Under the pieces are notes generated by a model that saw nothing but the letters and a program-made list of their open reading frames with translations, was not told where the DNA came from and searched no databases. The translations under genes and the position numbers were made by a program. A DNA stretch of 64,000 bases from Amoebophrya sp. A120 (Eukaryota > Protista > Dinoflagellata). The stretch covers positions 2,895,151 to 2,959,150 of the forward strand of contig CAJINV010000007.1 of the NCBI GenBank assembly GCA_905178155.1, given 5' to 3'. Positions 51,036 to 62,499 of the stretch are shown piece after piece. Within the stretch, counting starts at the first letter, position 1, and each line of letters opens with the position of its first letter.

Positions 51036-54000
51036 TCACTTTCCCTGCGGCGCTTCGTGGCCAGCGCTAGAAACGACCACAGGCAGGACGAGGAACTTGT
51101 CAGTACCATCAGGTTCACTGGGGAGGCTCGTCCACCTGAGTTCGCGAGAAGCCAAGTCAAGCTTGCATAGGTTGGTATCGCCATGGCTCGCATCCTCGTC
51201 CTCCTTCAACTTCATCCAGTTATTAATTTGCTTCAGCAAATTCTGGGAAGAAACAACGTTCGGCGCATTCTTCAGCACAAGCTCTTTCAGTTTAATAATC
51301 GCTCCGAGGATCCCAATCCCTGTAGCATCCAGCTTCTCGTCCCCGCTGTTGTCTTTCGATATGATAGTCAGAATTTCCGCGAACGCCTCCCTCTTATTCC
51401 TTTCGCTTTCATATGGACGAAGAGTGCTGCCTTCGGTCGTTAATAGCTCGTCCTCGGTCAGCTGCATCTTCATCAGCTCCTTGTGAATAGCAAGCATAAA
51501 CTGTGTAGATACGTTCACCACATCGTGCATAGCTATGTGTTTCACGGGACAGTGCGGAATCGCACTCGGGTCTCTTTCCGTCCGCGTCAAAATGTCTCGA
51601 AGGGGGCGCGCTTGTGTTTGGGAAGACGGACCAGCATGTTCCTTTGCTTCTTTTTCTACAGCTGCTCGAAACAATTGATCTGGTGCGTATTGGGTGTTTG
51701 AGAATGCCAATCCAACAATGAGTGCGACCTCGTATTCGCCAGGTTGCGTCACGATTCCCGTACAATGCAGTTTAGCACGATCACTTTCTGCTCCATGAAA
51801 AACACCAATATCGAAAATGGCAACCGGTTTCGCTTGGAGTCCGAGAGCGTCCGCCCACGCCCGGCCGCGTTCAGCTTCCCCCCGCTGGTTGTCCTCGTCC
51901 TTTGTGCCAATCTCTGTCGTACTAATCGTGGTGACTTGAAGTTCGTTTTCCGCAACGGCAGCGCGGAGATTTGCAGATTCGTCAAAATTTTGCACGCGCG
52001 TGTTGTCGGCGAGAAGGGTCCAAAATCGTTCGCGAACGCTGGGCCGAGGAGTTCCTGTTGCAACCGGCCCAAAAAGCAAAAATGAGGCCAGATCCCTCTT
52101 GCCGCCGTCCTCCACTAGGTAAGTGCATCTCGTCCCGCTGTATAATGGGACGAGGGCTTTAACAATCTTGTCGATATCCCTTCCTCCTACAATCGCGCCA
52201 CCGCTGGTGGTGGTGGGGCCTTCTTCTTGCTCGTGTGTTGTTGGCAATACCTGATTTACGGCTGCTTTTATTTCCTCTTCCATATGTTGCCCCCACCACT
52301 TTGCCGCACCAGTGCCAGCGCGTCCCTGTCCGTAGATGTTGTCCAAGTACTTAGCAACGACGCCTTGATAAGCTCGCAGGGCTGCGCGTGCTGCCTCAAT
52401 AACAGACTGCCAATCCCGATCGTCCACAGTTGGAGTAGAAGGTGATGCTTTCATCAAAGCTAGCAACTGATGGTCGGTTGCTAGCTTTCGAAGCATCGCC
52501 TTCTCCCACGGTGTCAGGTTGGCCTGTAGGTACGTCTTCAAGTCCTCAGACGGTGGCTGGCCGACGCGCTGCTTCTCAGGTTGATATGAACTGATGAAGC
52601 GCCGAACAAGTTCGCCTTCGGAGGGTGTGCTACTGCTCCCGCTCTGGTCCCCCTTTGAGATGTCAGTTGATTTCATAGATTCAAAAAATTCCTCATTGCA
52701 GCCAGCACCTGGGATTTTGAAGTCGGTATCGGGATCGGGAAACGTGGGGGAGGATGATGAATAGAGCTGATCCATTACAACCGCGAAGCTTTTTGGACTG
52801 GCATTCGATGACTCGACGCCAGAGTTTGAGTCAACAATAGGAACGTCTTTGTGCACAAAAGATGGCAGCATCGTCGAGTGTTCCTGTGCAGGATCGCTGC
52901 TAGAATCTTGGCTCACCACGCCGCCATCCGTCCACAGTTTCAACTCACCGACCAACGAACCCGAATTTGGCGCACCAGAACCTCCATGTTCCCGCACCGT
53001 CAACTGCACGAACAGTCGTCTCGCGTCAGGATCATCCAGGCTGTTGTTTTCTCCTGAGGGCTCCATCCAAACACGGGCGGCGAAGAACGAGGTATCGTCA
53101 CCAGTAGCTCCGCCGAAGTCAAAGTCCACGCTGAGGTGGAGACTAGAAGTTTCTTGCGGCTTCGACAAAAACAGATCGCTACGTTTAAGATGAAAACGAA
53201 GAGGCCAGGATTCCACCTGAACGCCCGCATGTCCATCGTTCTTCTCGTCACGCTTCTTGTGCCACGTAACAAAATACTTGCCGATCAGATCGCGCAACGT
53301 TGTCCTTTCAGGCAAACCCGTTGCCTTGACTCCGTCATTGGTTTCGGAGTTTCCCGCGGCGTTGGGATCAGTCCAAAAGAAATCTGTGCCGCCCCAATCC
53401 CAAGAATCTGTTTCCGGCGAGGGTGTGCCCCTACCCATCGTGAACTTGTGCGCATGGTTCCAGACAATCTCCCACACCGATAAAGGGGAAGCGTGAACGG
53501 TCAAGCTCAAGGCGTTACCCTCGATGGGGTACCTTCCGAAATCAATGGCGCAAATATTCGCGTCTTCGATCGGGATCGGTGTCGTGTCGGAGCGCTTTTC
53601 TTTGTCCATAATTTGATTTTGTTGCTTTTCTATCTCTGCGATGACCTGGTCTTTTGTCCACGCGTTCACTTGATCTAGGAATAGTTCGGTATCTGAGACA
53701 CTGCGCAAGTTTCGCAATACCAAGGTTTGGATTTGTCGTTTGATGGCAGTTCGCTGCCGTTGGTGGAGTTTTTCTTATTATTCTTCGACAGACAGTGGGA
53801 GTCTCCTTCCCCACCTGTTTAGTCGTGGTGTCCTCCGGGCAATCAGCAACTTCTGCCGACATCATCTGAGCGGTGGCGGGCACCACGAGCGGAGACGTCC
53901 GAGTCGCGATGGCATTGCCCCAGAACAAGTATTCGGCGCGGTCGCTTGCGACTAGCATTTCCCAGAAACTTGTGAAGGAAATGAGCGCAGTTTCGGATCG

Positions 54001-55644
54001 TTGTCGTAGCTCTTGGTCGTTACGATCAAGAATATGCCCTTCCACAAAGAACCCTCCGGCTTTTAGCAGAAATTCTGCCATTTCCTGAGGACCAACCTCC
54101 TCACTACACACTCTTGTACTGGGCTTTTCTAACTCTTGCAAAACGCGGCTAACAGAGAGAGAAGATGAAGCAGCTGGCTCGGGATATCTCATTCGCCTCG
54201 CCTCTCGTACGCAAGCCACCACTCTCATGATGTCATCAATACCGGTCCACGGGCTTATCTGCGTCAGCGACAGTGACGGTGGGGCATCAGGATCTGGCCC
54301 CTCCAGAGAGCTTTCTGAGGTCGCGGATAGCTTTCTCCGCGTCCCCTCCGTGTCCGATACGGACTCACTGTTTGTGTTTGTCTCTGTGCCTGTATCGTGA
54401 TTTTTTTCTATGAAAGTTCCCGGCTTTGGCATCACGCGCCTCCGCTTCTGATCTTCGAGCACGTTTGGAATGTCTTCGTCGTTGTCCACACCTCGTTGTT
54501 CTCCTTGCCGTGCATCACGTTGCGTTGCTGCCTCGATACGCCCGAAGTTTCCCGAGGCCACCGCAGAGGAAGCTTTTTCCGTGAAGGTAGACTCTGATGC
54601 GGCAGGGAGCAAGACATCTTCTGTCACCGGCACATCCGCACCACCAACACAACTGGCCCCCTCGACGCCCTCTTGTTCTGCTCCGTCGGGACAACCATAC
54701 TCCGAAAAGAACCACTTGTGCAGCAAGGAATCATTCGGGTCCTCCAAAGCAAGAAACTGGTGTCGTTTGCGCTCTTCCTTCTCCTCCGGGGTCTCCACGA
54801 TCACTTTCAATTTCCTCGACTTTTCACCTCCGAAACCAGCAGGATTTTTCATCCACGAAGCCGCAAAGGTAAACGTGCGCTGCATGTCTTGCACGAAGGA
54901 AAAAGCCTGTGCGCCATCGTTGTTGCTTGCAAAGTTCGTGGCAGTCGTAGCTAAAGCTCCGACGGAGTGACCTCCACTGCCCACCCCCGTGGCCTCCTCC
55001 TCGCCCGGATCGGGTGGCAGGATGGAGGGCGCAAGCGGGGTTTGCCTCATCGCAATCGCCTCCCCAGGGGCTTGGTCGTCAAACTCCGTGCGTGACGGGT
55101 ACCGCTGAAAAGGGGGATCCGGGTTCCTGTCGCGTGGCATCCCAGCCACGTGTCCCGGCGGAGGCGCTTTTTGTCCATCCGGCTCCGGCGAAAGATCCGC
55201 TTCCGTTTCTCGATCCGCGGGAATTGCATTTCGGTTGCGAGCAACATCGACAGCAACTGCGAGAAAAGGAGGCGGATGATCCAAGTGCGCGATCATGAAA
55301 AGATGATTCGAAAAGAGGGCAATAGCGGGGGGGCGAGCTCCGTAGCTGCCTGACCCTGCACGACGTGTCTTCCACACGATTTTCGCCATTTGCGGTAGTG
55401 ATGAGCTACTCCTGCTTCGATGGTTCTGCCGGGGGCGGGCACAGATAACGCTATGCCGTGCTTTTTGTTTGTGTGACGAGTGGTGTGGACCCAGAGTGGT
55501 CTTCCGAAGGAGCCAGTTCGCAGTCCAGTTCGTTGTATCGATCGGATCCCAAAGGTTACAGAGAAGCGGACTTCTCGGGCGGGACGACAACGGATGATGT
55601 CGACACAAGCGGTTCGTTGCAGTGACTGGCGTATGTTGTGACAA
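51036..55644 (-). CDS. Large hypothetical protein (two overlapping ORFs probably joined by an intron near 53700-53810)
   Basis: 895-aa and 700-aa ORFs on the same strand with coding-like composition; start and splice sites unresolved. Confidence 0.6.
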
Positions 55645-56285
55645 AAATATACGTGTGAGTCAGGAAAAAGAGTGATAAATTGCAGTGTGCGGGTTAGAAC
55701 AAAGAAGGAATCGCGGGGTCTCAGCAAACGCTCAATGAAGGCGCAGGGAACTGAAATCTGCAAAACGGCAGTATGTAAAGTGATGCACGTTGGATATGTG
55801 GTGTTGAAGACGTAAATCATCAGTATGTTCACGAAAGAAGAAAAAGAACGAAGTGGATGGAGATGAACGAACAGCTACCGAAAACAATACGAGGGCACGA
55901 ATACGAGACGCACGAGGTCAGAGAAAGCGCCACCTTTTGGATGCAAGTGCTACGAGAAACACGACGAGACATTTTTTTTCTGCTCCTAAAAACCGACATT
56001 AAACTGATTGTCTGATCAACAACCGACGCGACTCCGGACTTCCCTTTATTAGACTGACAGGTAGACTGATGATTTTTGAAGTTAAGGGCCGAGCGAACGT
56101 TCTGAAGTACACAAGAAAAATCTCCCTTTCATACTGCTGGATTCCAATCTTCAGACGCTTTATACTTTTGCACACATCGATCTTTCCTTTGGAGCCAGTC
56201 TTTTCGGCCCTGCGATGAGAACTCAAGGTAGGAAGACAATGTAACGAATTCCGGGCAAATACAGTAGGGTCGTCGAAGGTAAGAA

Positions 56286-58257
56286 TCATAAATCTTGCGC
56301 TCTGTCTAATTCCGCCGCGTTCTCCTCTTTCGGGTATTCGACATTTTTTTCTCCCGGCTTCTCCGTCGCCGCTCTTCGTCTTCGTGCATGGCCGTCTCCA
56401 GCAGACGCTGTCGCATCAAACTCGCCGTTTCCCGTTCCTTCACGCCGGAAAATTGCCTGTCCAGGCCGCAATGCGGGCCGAGTTGGGGCATGAATATGCC
56501 GCAAAACAGGTCCTTGAAGGTGTATACCACCTCCTGTCCGTTGATGGTCGTTGCGCCATCCTCTAAAATCTGCTCCACAAAATCGTAGTCCAGCCAGGAG
56601 TATCGGCGGAAATCGTGTCAGAAACCAAACTGAAGGTGTGAAAGGATCTGATACGATGTGTGATGCTGAAAACGAAAACACGTTCATGCCATACCAGTCT
56701 GCTTTACATTCGCTAGTGCAAAAGTTGGCATCGGACCAAGAGAGCTGCGCCGGTACGATGTGACAGAAAAGGGCTTCACCGTCTTCGGGCGTGCTATGCG
56801 TTGCGGCCCACGTCTACCTCTGCCCAGTACAATCACATACAACTCGTGGATTCTTTCTGACACAATTCCATCACATACGGCCTCGCCCTGATTTTTCCGC
56901 GCATCCTGGATCATTTCCAAAACCGTGGACCGCGCTAGCACGTGCGTCTGGCGGTACCGGTTTCGCAAGTCCAGGACAAACTCCTGGTAGACAAAGCAAA
57001 CCGCCCAGGCAAGATCCAACTCTGAAAACCGGAAACTGGAGGGAACATGAATGGTGTTTCTGTCTATGATGATCGAGAAGAAATACCGCACTGCAGGAGA
57101 TCACTTGAACAATGAAATCTGCATCTGCACCAAAACTATCATCCAAAGAACAAACTATTTTTCCCAGCATACCTTCGGACAGGCGCCCGTAAACACGCAT
57201 CACCGGAGCACTGCTTCCAGGCTTCCAGCGCCGCGCCCTTTGAGGGCAGAGTTTCCGGCGCGGTCGAAAACTTTCCTTCACCGATGCGCGAAAGAGGATC
57301 TCCACATGTTGCACCACCTCCAGCCTCGTGATCTGCTCCTTCCGTGCCGTCCGCAACTTCGTCAAGCAGCAACTCCAGCACATCGCGCCACATTGCATCC
57401 GCGGGGTAATCCGCACAAACCGCTTGCAACAACGCGTGAAAATCCGCCATCGTGCACTGAAAATCAACCAGCTCGGGTTCTTGTTGCTCTCCCGCTGCGG
57501 AAGTGGTATTCCCAACAGCTTGCGGACCTTCATTGCCTTTCGCCGTACCAACGACAGCCGCAACACCGGCCTTTGCTGCAGGGTCCTGATTTATTGTGTT
57601 GGCTTCTGGCAAATCGTCGGAACCCTCGTCCGGAGCAGCGGCAGCGGGGTCAGCAGACGATGGTGCAACATCCGCCGCTGTAGATTCGTCGTCCTCATTG
57701 TTGTCTATGTCTTCTGCGTGCTCTTCACGCCCGGTCATTTCCCCAAGGTTTTGGTCTTCTAATTCCCGTGGCTGTTCTACTTCTTCCGCTTCCATCACCG
57801 CGGAAGATGGTGGACTTTTGTTCACGACAGCACCCTTGTCCCGCCGCAGCCGCGCGAACACCGTACTCCTAACGTGACTCACAAAGGCGCGGCGGTTCCA
57901 CGGCGTGGCCTCCAGGTAGGCGATAGTGTGGTGTTCGTGGCTGATGGTTTTCCCGTCCAGCACGTTTCCAAAGTAGTCGGCGAGCGTCTGCAGCTGCTGC
58001 TCCAGCTGCAATGCCGAGCTGTGGGCTAGCGGGTTTCCGGCGCCGGCGAAAGCCTCGAAGTGGTCAGTTGAAGCATTTGCGGCTGCGGAGGTGGATGATG
58101 CTGTAGCAGCTCCCCCAGCAGCTCCGGCGGCGTTGTTTACATTTGTGGCTACGCGCGACAGAGCGTCTTCTAGGTAGAAACCCACGTTGAAACGGTCAAG
58201 GTAAATGCCACCCGGAACGTCATGGCGAGAAGCGAAGGACGTGCTGCCACTGGTCAT
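56286..58257 (-). CDS. CSTPP1/C11orf49-like (tubulin polyglutamylase complex regulator) protein; multi-exon
   Basis: YL....V.FYLEDA, ADYF..V..G, EATPWNR.AF, TMADFHALLQAVCADYP and FSE...A....FVYQEF resemble the C11orf49 N-terminal domain (recalled, not searched). Confidence 0.65.
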
Positions 58258-58782
58258 GATGGTTCAATAAATTTTTGTAGGTTGCTCACATTCACTTGCG
58301 CGTGCTTTGATGTTGCTCCGCGTGCACGAAAAACAATGGCTCGGGAGCCGCCCGGTAATTGCAAACACTGTCAACATAACAAACCAGGATTTATTTTCTT
58401 AGATCAAATCAGAGCAGCGCAAGCAGAAGCATCGGTTCTAATCAGACAGGTTCTTCTTTTGACAAGAGAAGCACAAAAAAAGTCTTCAATGATGTGAAGG
58501 TGTAAGCAAAATGCATTTCTCGGAACAAGTAGAAAATAGAACATACTGATGCTGTCAAATACGGCATCCGCGTCCTTGTCGTCCGCGGACAATTTGATCC
58601 GTAGCGAAGGGAGCCCCGAGGGGCTGCAACAAGAATCAGCCTAAGTAGCTTCATCAAAATCTTAAAACAGAAACATCCAAAACTTGTGTGCAACCTTGAT
58701 GGTCGACGAGAAAGCCGAAGAGGTCGTGACGTCAACACAGTTGTAGAAGTTGTTGACATACACATTCTCGAAACTTTATGAG

Positions 58783-61700
58783 TCATCGATTCGTATCGAG
58801 GTTCTGATCCAGAAATACATCTTGGATCTCGGGTAGGAAGCTGCCCCACACCAGCTCCCGCCAGTTGTCGGCAAAGCAGTCGCTCAAAGGTGCGAGAACG
58901 TAGTCGTTGTCGTGACCCTTCCCCGCACAACGATCGGCCTCGCCCCTTGGTCTCCCGCAATCGTAGTCGTACGAGCCAGTAGCATGGAAGCGGTGGACGG
59001 ACTGAAACAGCAGTGCAGCCTCCGCTTTGAGGTACTCGTGGATGTTGAAGGGAGGGGGGGATGATTGATGTTTGTCTGGACAAGCAGAGCTACTTCTGCC
59101 AGTGTCTGTTTCTGTTTGCTGTTGTTCGTCTTGCAAGTCGTCCTGAAACAGGAACTCTTGATCTTGGCGCAGCGACGAGGACAAATTTCTGGACGGTATG
59201 CCCAGCAGACTCGACAAGCGGTCCACGTTTTCCTGGCGGGTGGCGAGGAAAAGGTCGTGGTCCTCGTTGCATTCGTTGGCGGATCGCGAAAACACTGGAG
59301 TCGTTTGGTAGTACATATCCGTGCCACTTCCGAAACTGCCCCGGTGGAGATAGTAAACACGGTCCGCAGCTCGGTCTTCGCCAAGATCACCGTGCGTCAC
59401 CTGCTTTTCATCACCCCGTGCGGGTTGTACCCGCTCGTGCCAAGAATCTTGATGCTCACCGGTGCTCCCGCTTCTACTTGTAGGTGTGAACATTTTTTCA
59501 AGGTCCTCTCTCGTCACTTTGAGTTCCGTCGGTTGACCCCGCTTCGGAGACACCGCATAGAGCTTCACCGTCGCCATTTTTTTATTTTCCGGGGAAACTT
59601 CGTTCTGCCACACAATAGGCGCAGACAAAGATGCGAGCTGATTGCCGGTGAACTGCCTCGCGTCACCGGCTTTGATGCTGGTGTTTTCTGCTCTTCGTTT
59701 CGGCGAGCATGTTAAGCTGCTCCGGTGAATCAGCTCGGAGACGGAATAGAGTACGGGTTTGGAAATTTCCGCACTACAACTTGTATCTCTAGCAGCTGTT
59801 TTTGCGGTCGCGCCAAAATCCGCATCTTTCGTTTCGCTATGCCATCCTGGGGCCGAGGAGAAAGCTGCGGTTGATAAAAAAACACTGCCTGAGGTGGACG
59901 GCGCACGAGTCGTGCGGCTTCTTGCCGGACTTCCTGCAATATTCAGACTCAAGGCCTTCTCGTTCTCTCCCCCAGCACTGTTGGCTGAATCGTCGTCATG
60001 ATAATCATCACCTTCCACTTTTGCACCTTCCGTAGAAGTCCGTCTTCGCCTGCTGCTCTGGAAGTAGTTCCGCACAGGACTTCTATTACTAGCCGCGTTG
60101 GACGACGGCAAGGTGTCCAGCACCACAGAATTCGTCGGACTGTCCTCCCCTTCAATGCCGATTGATTTGTATGGCGAAGATGACAGCGCCCCTTGATGTT
60201 GCTTCCGGTTGGGCGATAGAATCCCCAGCCGTTCTTTTTGCTGCTCCCCTTCTCGCATCATCTCAGAAGCAAAGGGAGCCGCCTCTTTCCTACGACTTCC
60301 AGGCGACTTTCCCTCAAAGATCTTTCCGGTTTTTCCGTAATTCTGCCTTGCAAGAAACGAAGGATCGCGCACCGCCCGTGCTAGATCTCTCGCACGGATC
60401 CGGCTACCGCGCTCTCGCCGGAGACAGGACACCAGGTTGACGGCTGAGGTCAAGAAGCCACTGCTGCCTCCAGATGTCGACTCAGCTTCAACATCTGCCT
60501 CTCCGTAGTCGTCAGCACAGAAATTCTTTCTGTCCACACAGAGCAGATACACCGCCCGGAGCCAGGGTAAGTATACGTCAAAGGAGAGGCCGACGAATTT
60601 CGGCCGGTCGCGCGGTGCGTACGCATCCTGGTGGACGAAGTCCGCCCACGGCTCAAAAAGCCGCCGAAACTCGAGGTGCGGATGACGCTGCAACCGGTCG
60701 CGCCAGGTGAACTCAGGCGTGCCGAGCGTCGGGAGGGGTGTGCCGGTCAAGGAGAGGTAGCGGGCGCCCGACTGGGTCGGTGCTGTGGGTGTTTGATATT
60801 CTTCATCTTCTTGTTCTGTTTTTGAAGGCAGCAAAATATCAAGCAGAGTGCTGCAACCACCAAGGTGACTGTGACTTCTCCCACTCGTGCCGTACAAGAC
60901 GTCATAAACGCCGAGGGTCACCAGTTGTGCAACCTGGGGCGTCGATGAACTAAATCCACTGTTAATATCGTCCCGCGCTCCTACTGAGCTGCCTCCGAAA
61001 CTCGCGACGACGTCCACCAGCCCGGTGCGGTACAGCCAGGCCAGCTGCGCGTCCACGCGGTTCTCCGGGGACAAGTGCCAGGGGACGCGCTTCTCGTCCA
61101 AAATTTCGAAAATTTGCTCGGCCAGATCGCGGAGGTCCAAAACGGGGAGGAAGTTGGCCAAGTCGCGCGTCGATTGTCTCTTCTCCGCCTCGTCGCCCTG
61201 GGCGTCGAAGAGGCGAAAGTACAGGTCGTCGAGGCACTCTTGCAAGCGGTTCCGTGCGGACTCCACGCGTGTCCGCCGCCGCTCGGTTTCCTCCTCCTCC
61301 CACTGCGCCACGATCGTGTTCAGCACCAGGGCGAGTTCCAGATCATTTCCCGACTCGGTATCCACGCTGGCAAGGAGGTTCTCACGAAGCCTTCGACGGC
61401 GGTCCGGAGACAGGGAAGGCGTTTTTGTTGAACGATAGTGGTCCGGTGCGCGGCTCTGTACGAGTTCAGTGGTGTCACCTTCAAAATTCGGTGTACCATT
61501 TTTCCATCTCTTCTCGGGAGAAGCAAAAGAGCTCCCCTTCCTCGGCAGCTTTCCCTCCAAGCGTCTGCTCCGGCTCCAGACGGGCGTGGGAAAGACGAAA
61601 ACGAGGTCGATTTCCCCTTCCAACAGCCGAGCAACTGCTGTTGAGAACTCCGCCGCGAGGTGCCGAAGCAAATCTGGTAGCGCGGTTGAATTTTGATGCA

Positions 61701-61962
61701 GCGCCTTCGCGAGCTGGAGCAGTAAAGAGGGGCTTTTAGGTAGCACTGACGAAGCGGGATCTCGTCCCCCCGCTTCTCCTGCAAGGATCGCCCGCAGAAA
61801 TCCTTCGCCATCAATGCCAACACGGAGGTGGGACAACTGCGACGGTTTCACAACCGGGACGGACAAGGGGTCAAGCAGCTGTGCTGTGAACCTCGCCGCG
61901 CTAGCCGCTTCCGCAGTACTGAGAGTGGGGGCAGTGTGTAGCAACGAGGCGACGTGAGCCAT
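58783..61962 (-). CDS. XPG/Mkt1-like PIN-domain protein with a long disordered C-terminus
   Basis: LRVGIDG..FL, IDLVFVF and V.W.LSP...DAQLAWL...GLVDVV match the XPG-N/XPG-I pattern; several acidic residues appear lost. Confidence 0.6.
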   Translation of the reverse strand: MAHVASLLHTAPTLSTAEAASAARFTAQLLDPLSVPVVKPSQLSHLRVGIDGEGFLRAILAGEAGGRDPASSVLPKSPSLLLQLAKALHQNSTALPDLLRHLAAEFSTAVARLLEGEIDLVFVFPTPVWSRSRRLEGKLPRKGSSFASPEKRWKNGTPNFEGDTTELVQSRAPDHYRSTKTPSLSPDRRRRLRENLLASVDTESGNDLELALVLNTIVAQWEEEETERRRTRVESARNRLQECLDDLYFRLFDAQGDEAEKRQSTRDLANFLPVLDLRDLAEQIFEILDEKRVPWHLSPENRVDAQLAWLYRTGLVDVVASFGGSSVGARDDINSGFSSSTPQVAQLVTLGVYDVLYGTSGRSHSHLGGCSTLLDILLPSKTEQEDEEYQTPTAPTQSGARYLSLTGTPLPTLGTPEFTWRDRLQRHPHLEFRRLFEPWADFVHQDAYAPRDRPKFVGLSFDVYLPWLRAVYLLCVDRKNFCADDYGEADVEAESTSGGSSGFLTSAVNLVSCLRRERGSRIRARDLARAVRDPSFLARQNYGKTGKIFEGKSPGSRRKEAAPFASEMMREGEQQKERLGILSPNRKQHQGALSSSPYKSIGIEGEDSPTNSVVLDTLPSSNAASNRSPVRNYFQSSRRRRTSTEGAKVEGDDYHDDDSANSAGGENEKALSLNIAGSPARSRTTRAPSTSGSVFLSTAAFSSAPGWHSETKDADFGATAKTAARDTSCSAEISKPVLYSVSELIHRSSLTCSPKRRAENTSIKAGDARQFTGNQLASLSAPIVWQNEVSPENKKMATVKLYAVSPKRGQPTELKVTREDLEKMFTPTSRSGSTGEHQDSWHERVQPARGDEKQVTHGDLGEDRAADRVYYLHRGSFGSGTDMYYQTTPVFSRSANECNEDHDLFLATRQENVDRLSSLLGIPSRNLSSSLRQDQEFLFQDDLQDEQQQTETDTGRSSSACPDKHQSSPPPFNIHEYLKAEAALLFQSVHRFHATGSYDYDCGRPRGEADRCAGKGHDNDYVLAPLSDCFADNWRELVWGSFLPEIQDVFLDQNLDTNR

Positions 61963-62499
61963 CTTGATCAATGCGATGCCGCCTTAGGCGGGAAGTAGAT
62001 GTAGAAACTCCAGTATTACAAATCTTGATTTCTTCTGTGCATCGACACGACAAAAAAAACGCGGGGTCTCTCGTTGGTGGGTTTCGAAAACACCAGTATG
62101 TCCCAAAAGTAGGCTTTGGCTTGTTGCACGTAGAATCGAATTTCAATTTGTTCCAGTGCATCAGGAAAATCCGAACACGGCACAGCAAAACAAGTAGATG
62201 CTGGATCCCATCGCAGTAGAAGGACAGGAGCAGTTTATTTACGTAAGCGTTTCGGGCACTTTCGCCGCAACACCAATTGCGCAGCACGGTAAAGCCAGTG
62301 CGTGCTCGGCAACTTGTTTTATTTTCGAAAGGTTCAACATGAGTCGGACTTCAAATTCAACAAAACTGAAACTTGCGGCACATCTACAAATTGATTCGAC
62401 AACAGGCTCATGAAACGGGATGAACAGCAACGGAATCGGCATGCTGCGCATCAAAGGAAAGATGAACATGGTGGCGCCCGCGCCCCCAGTGTCGTCGTT

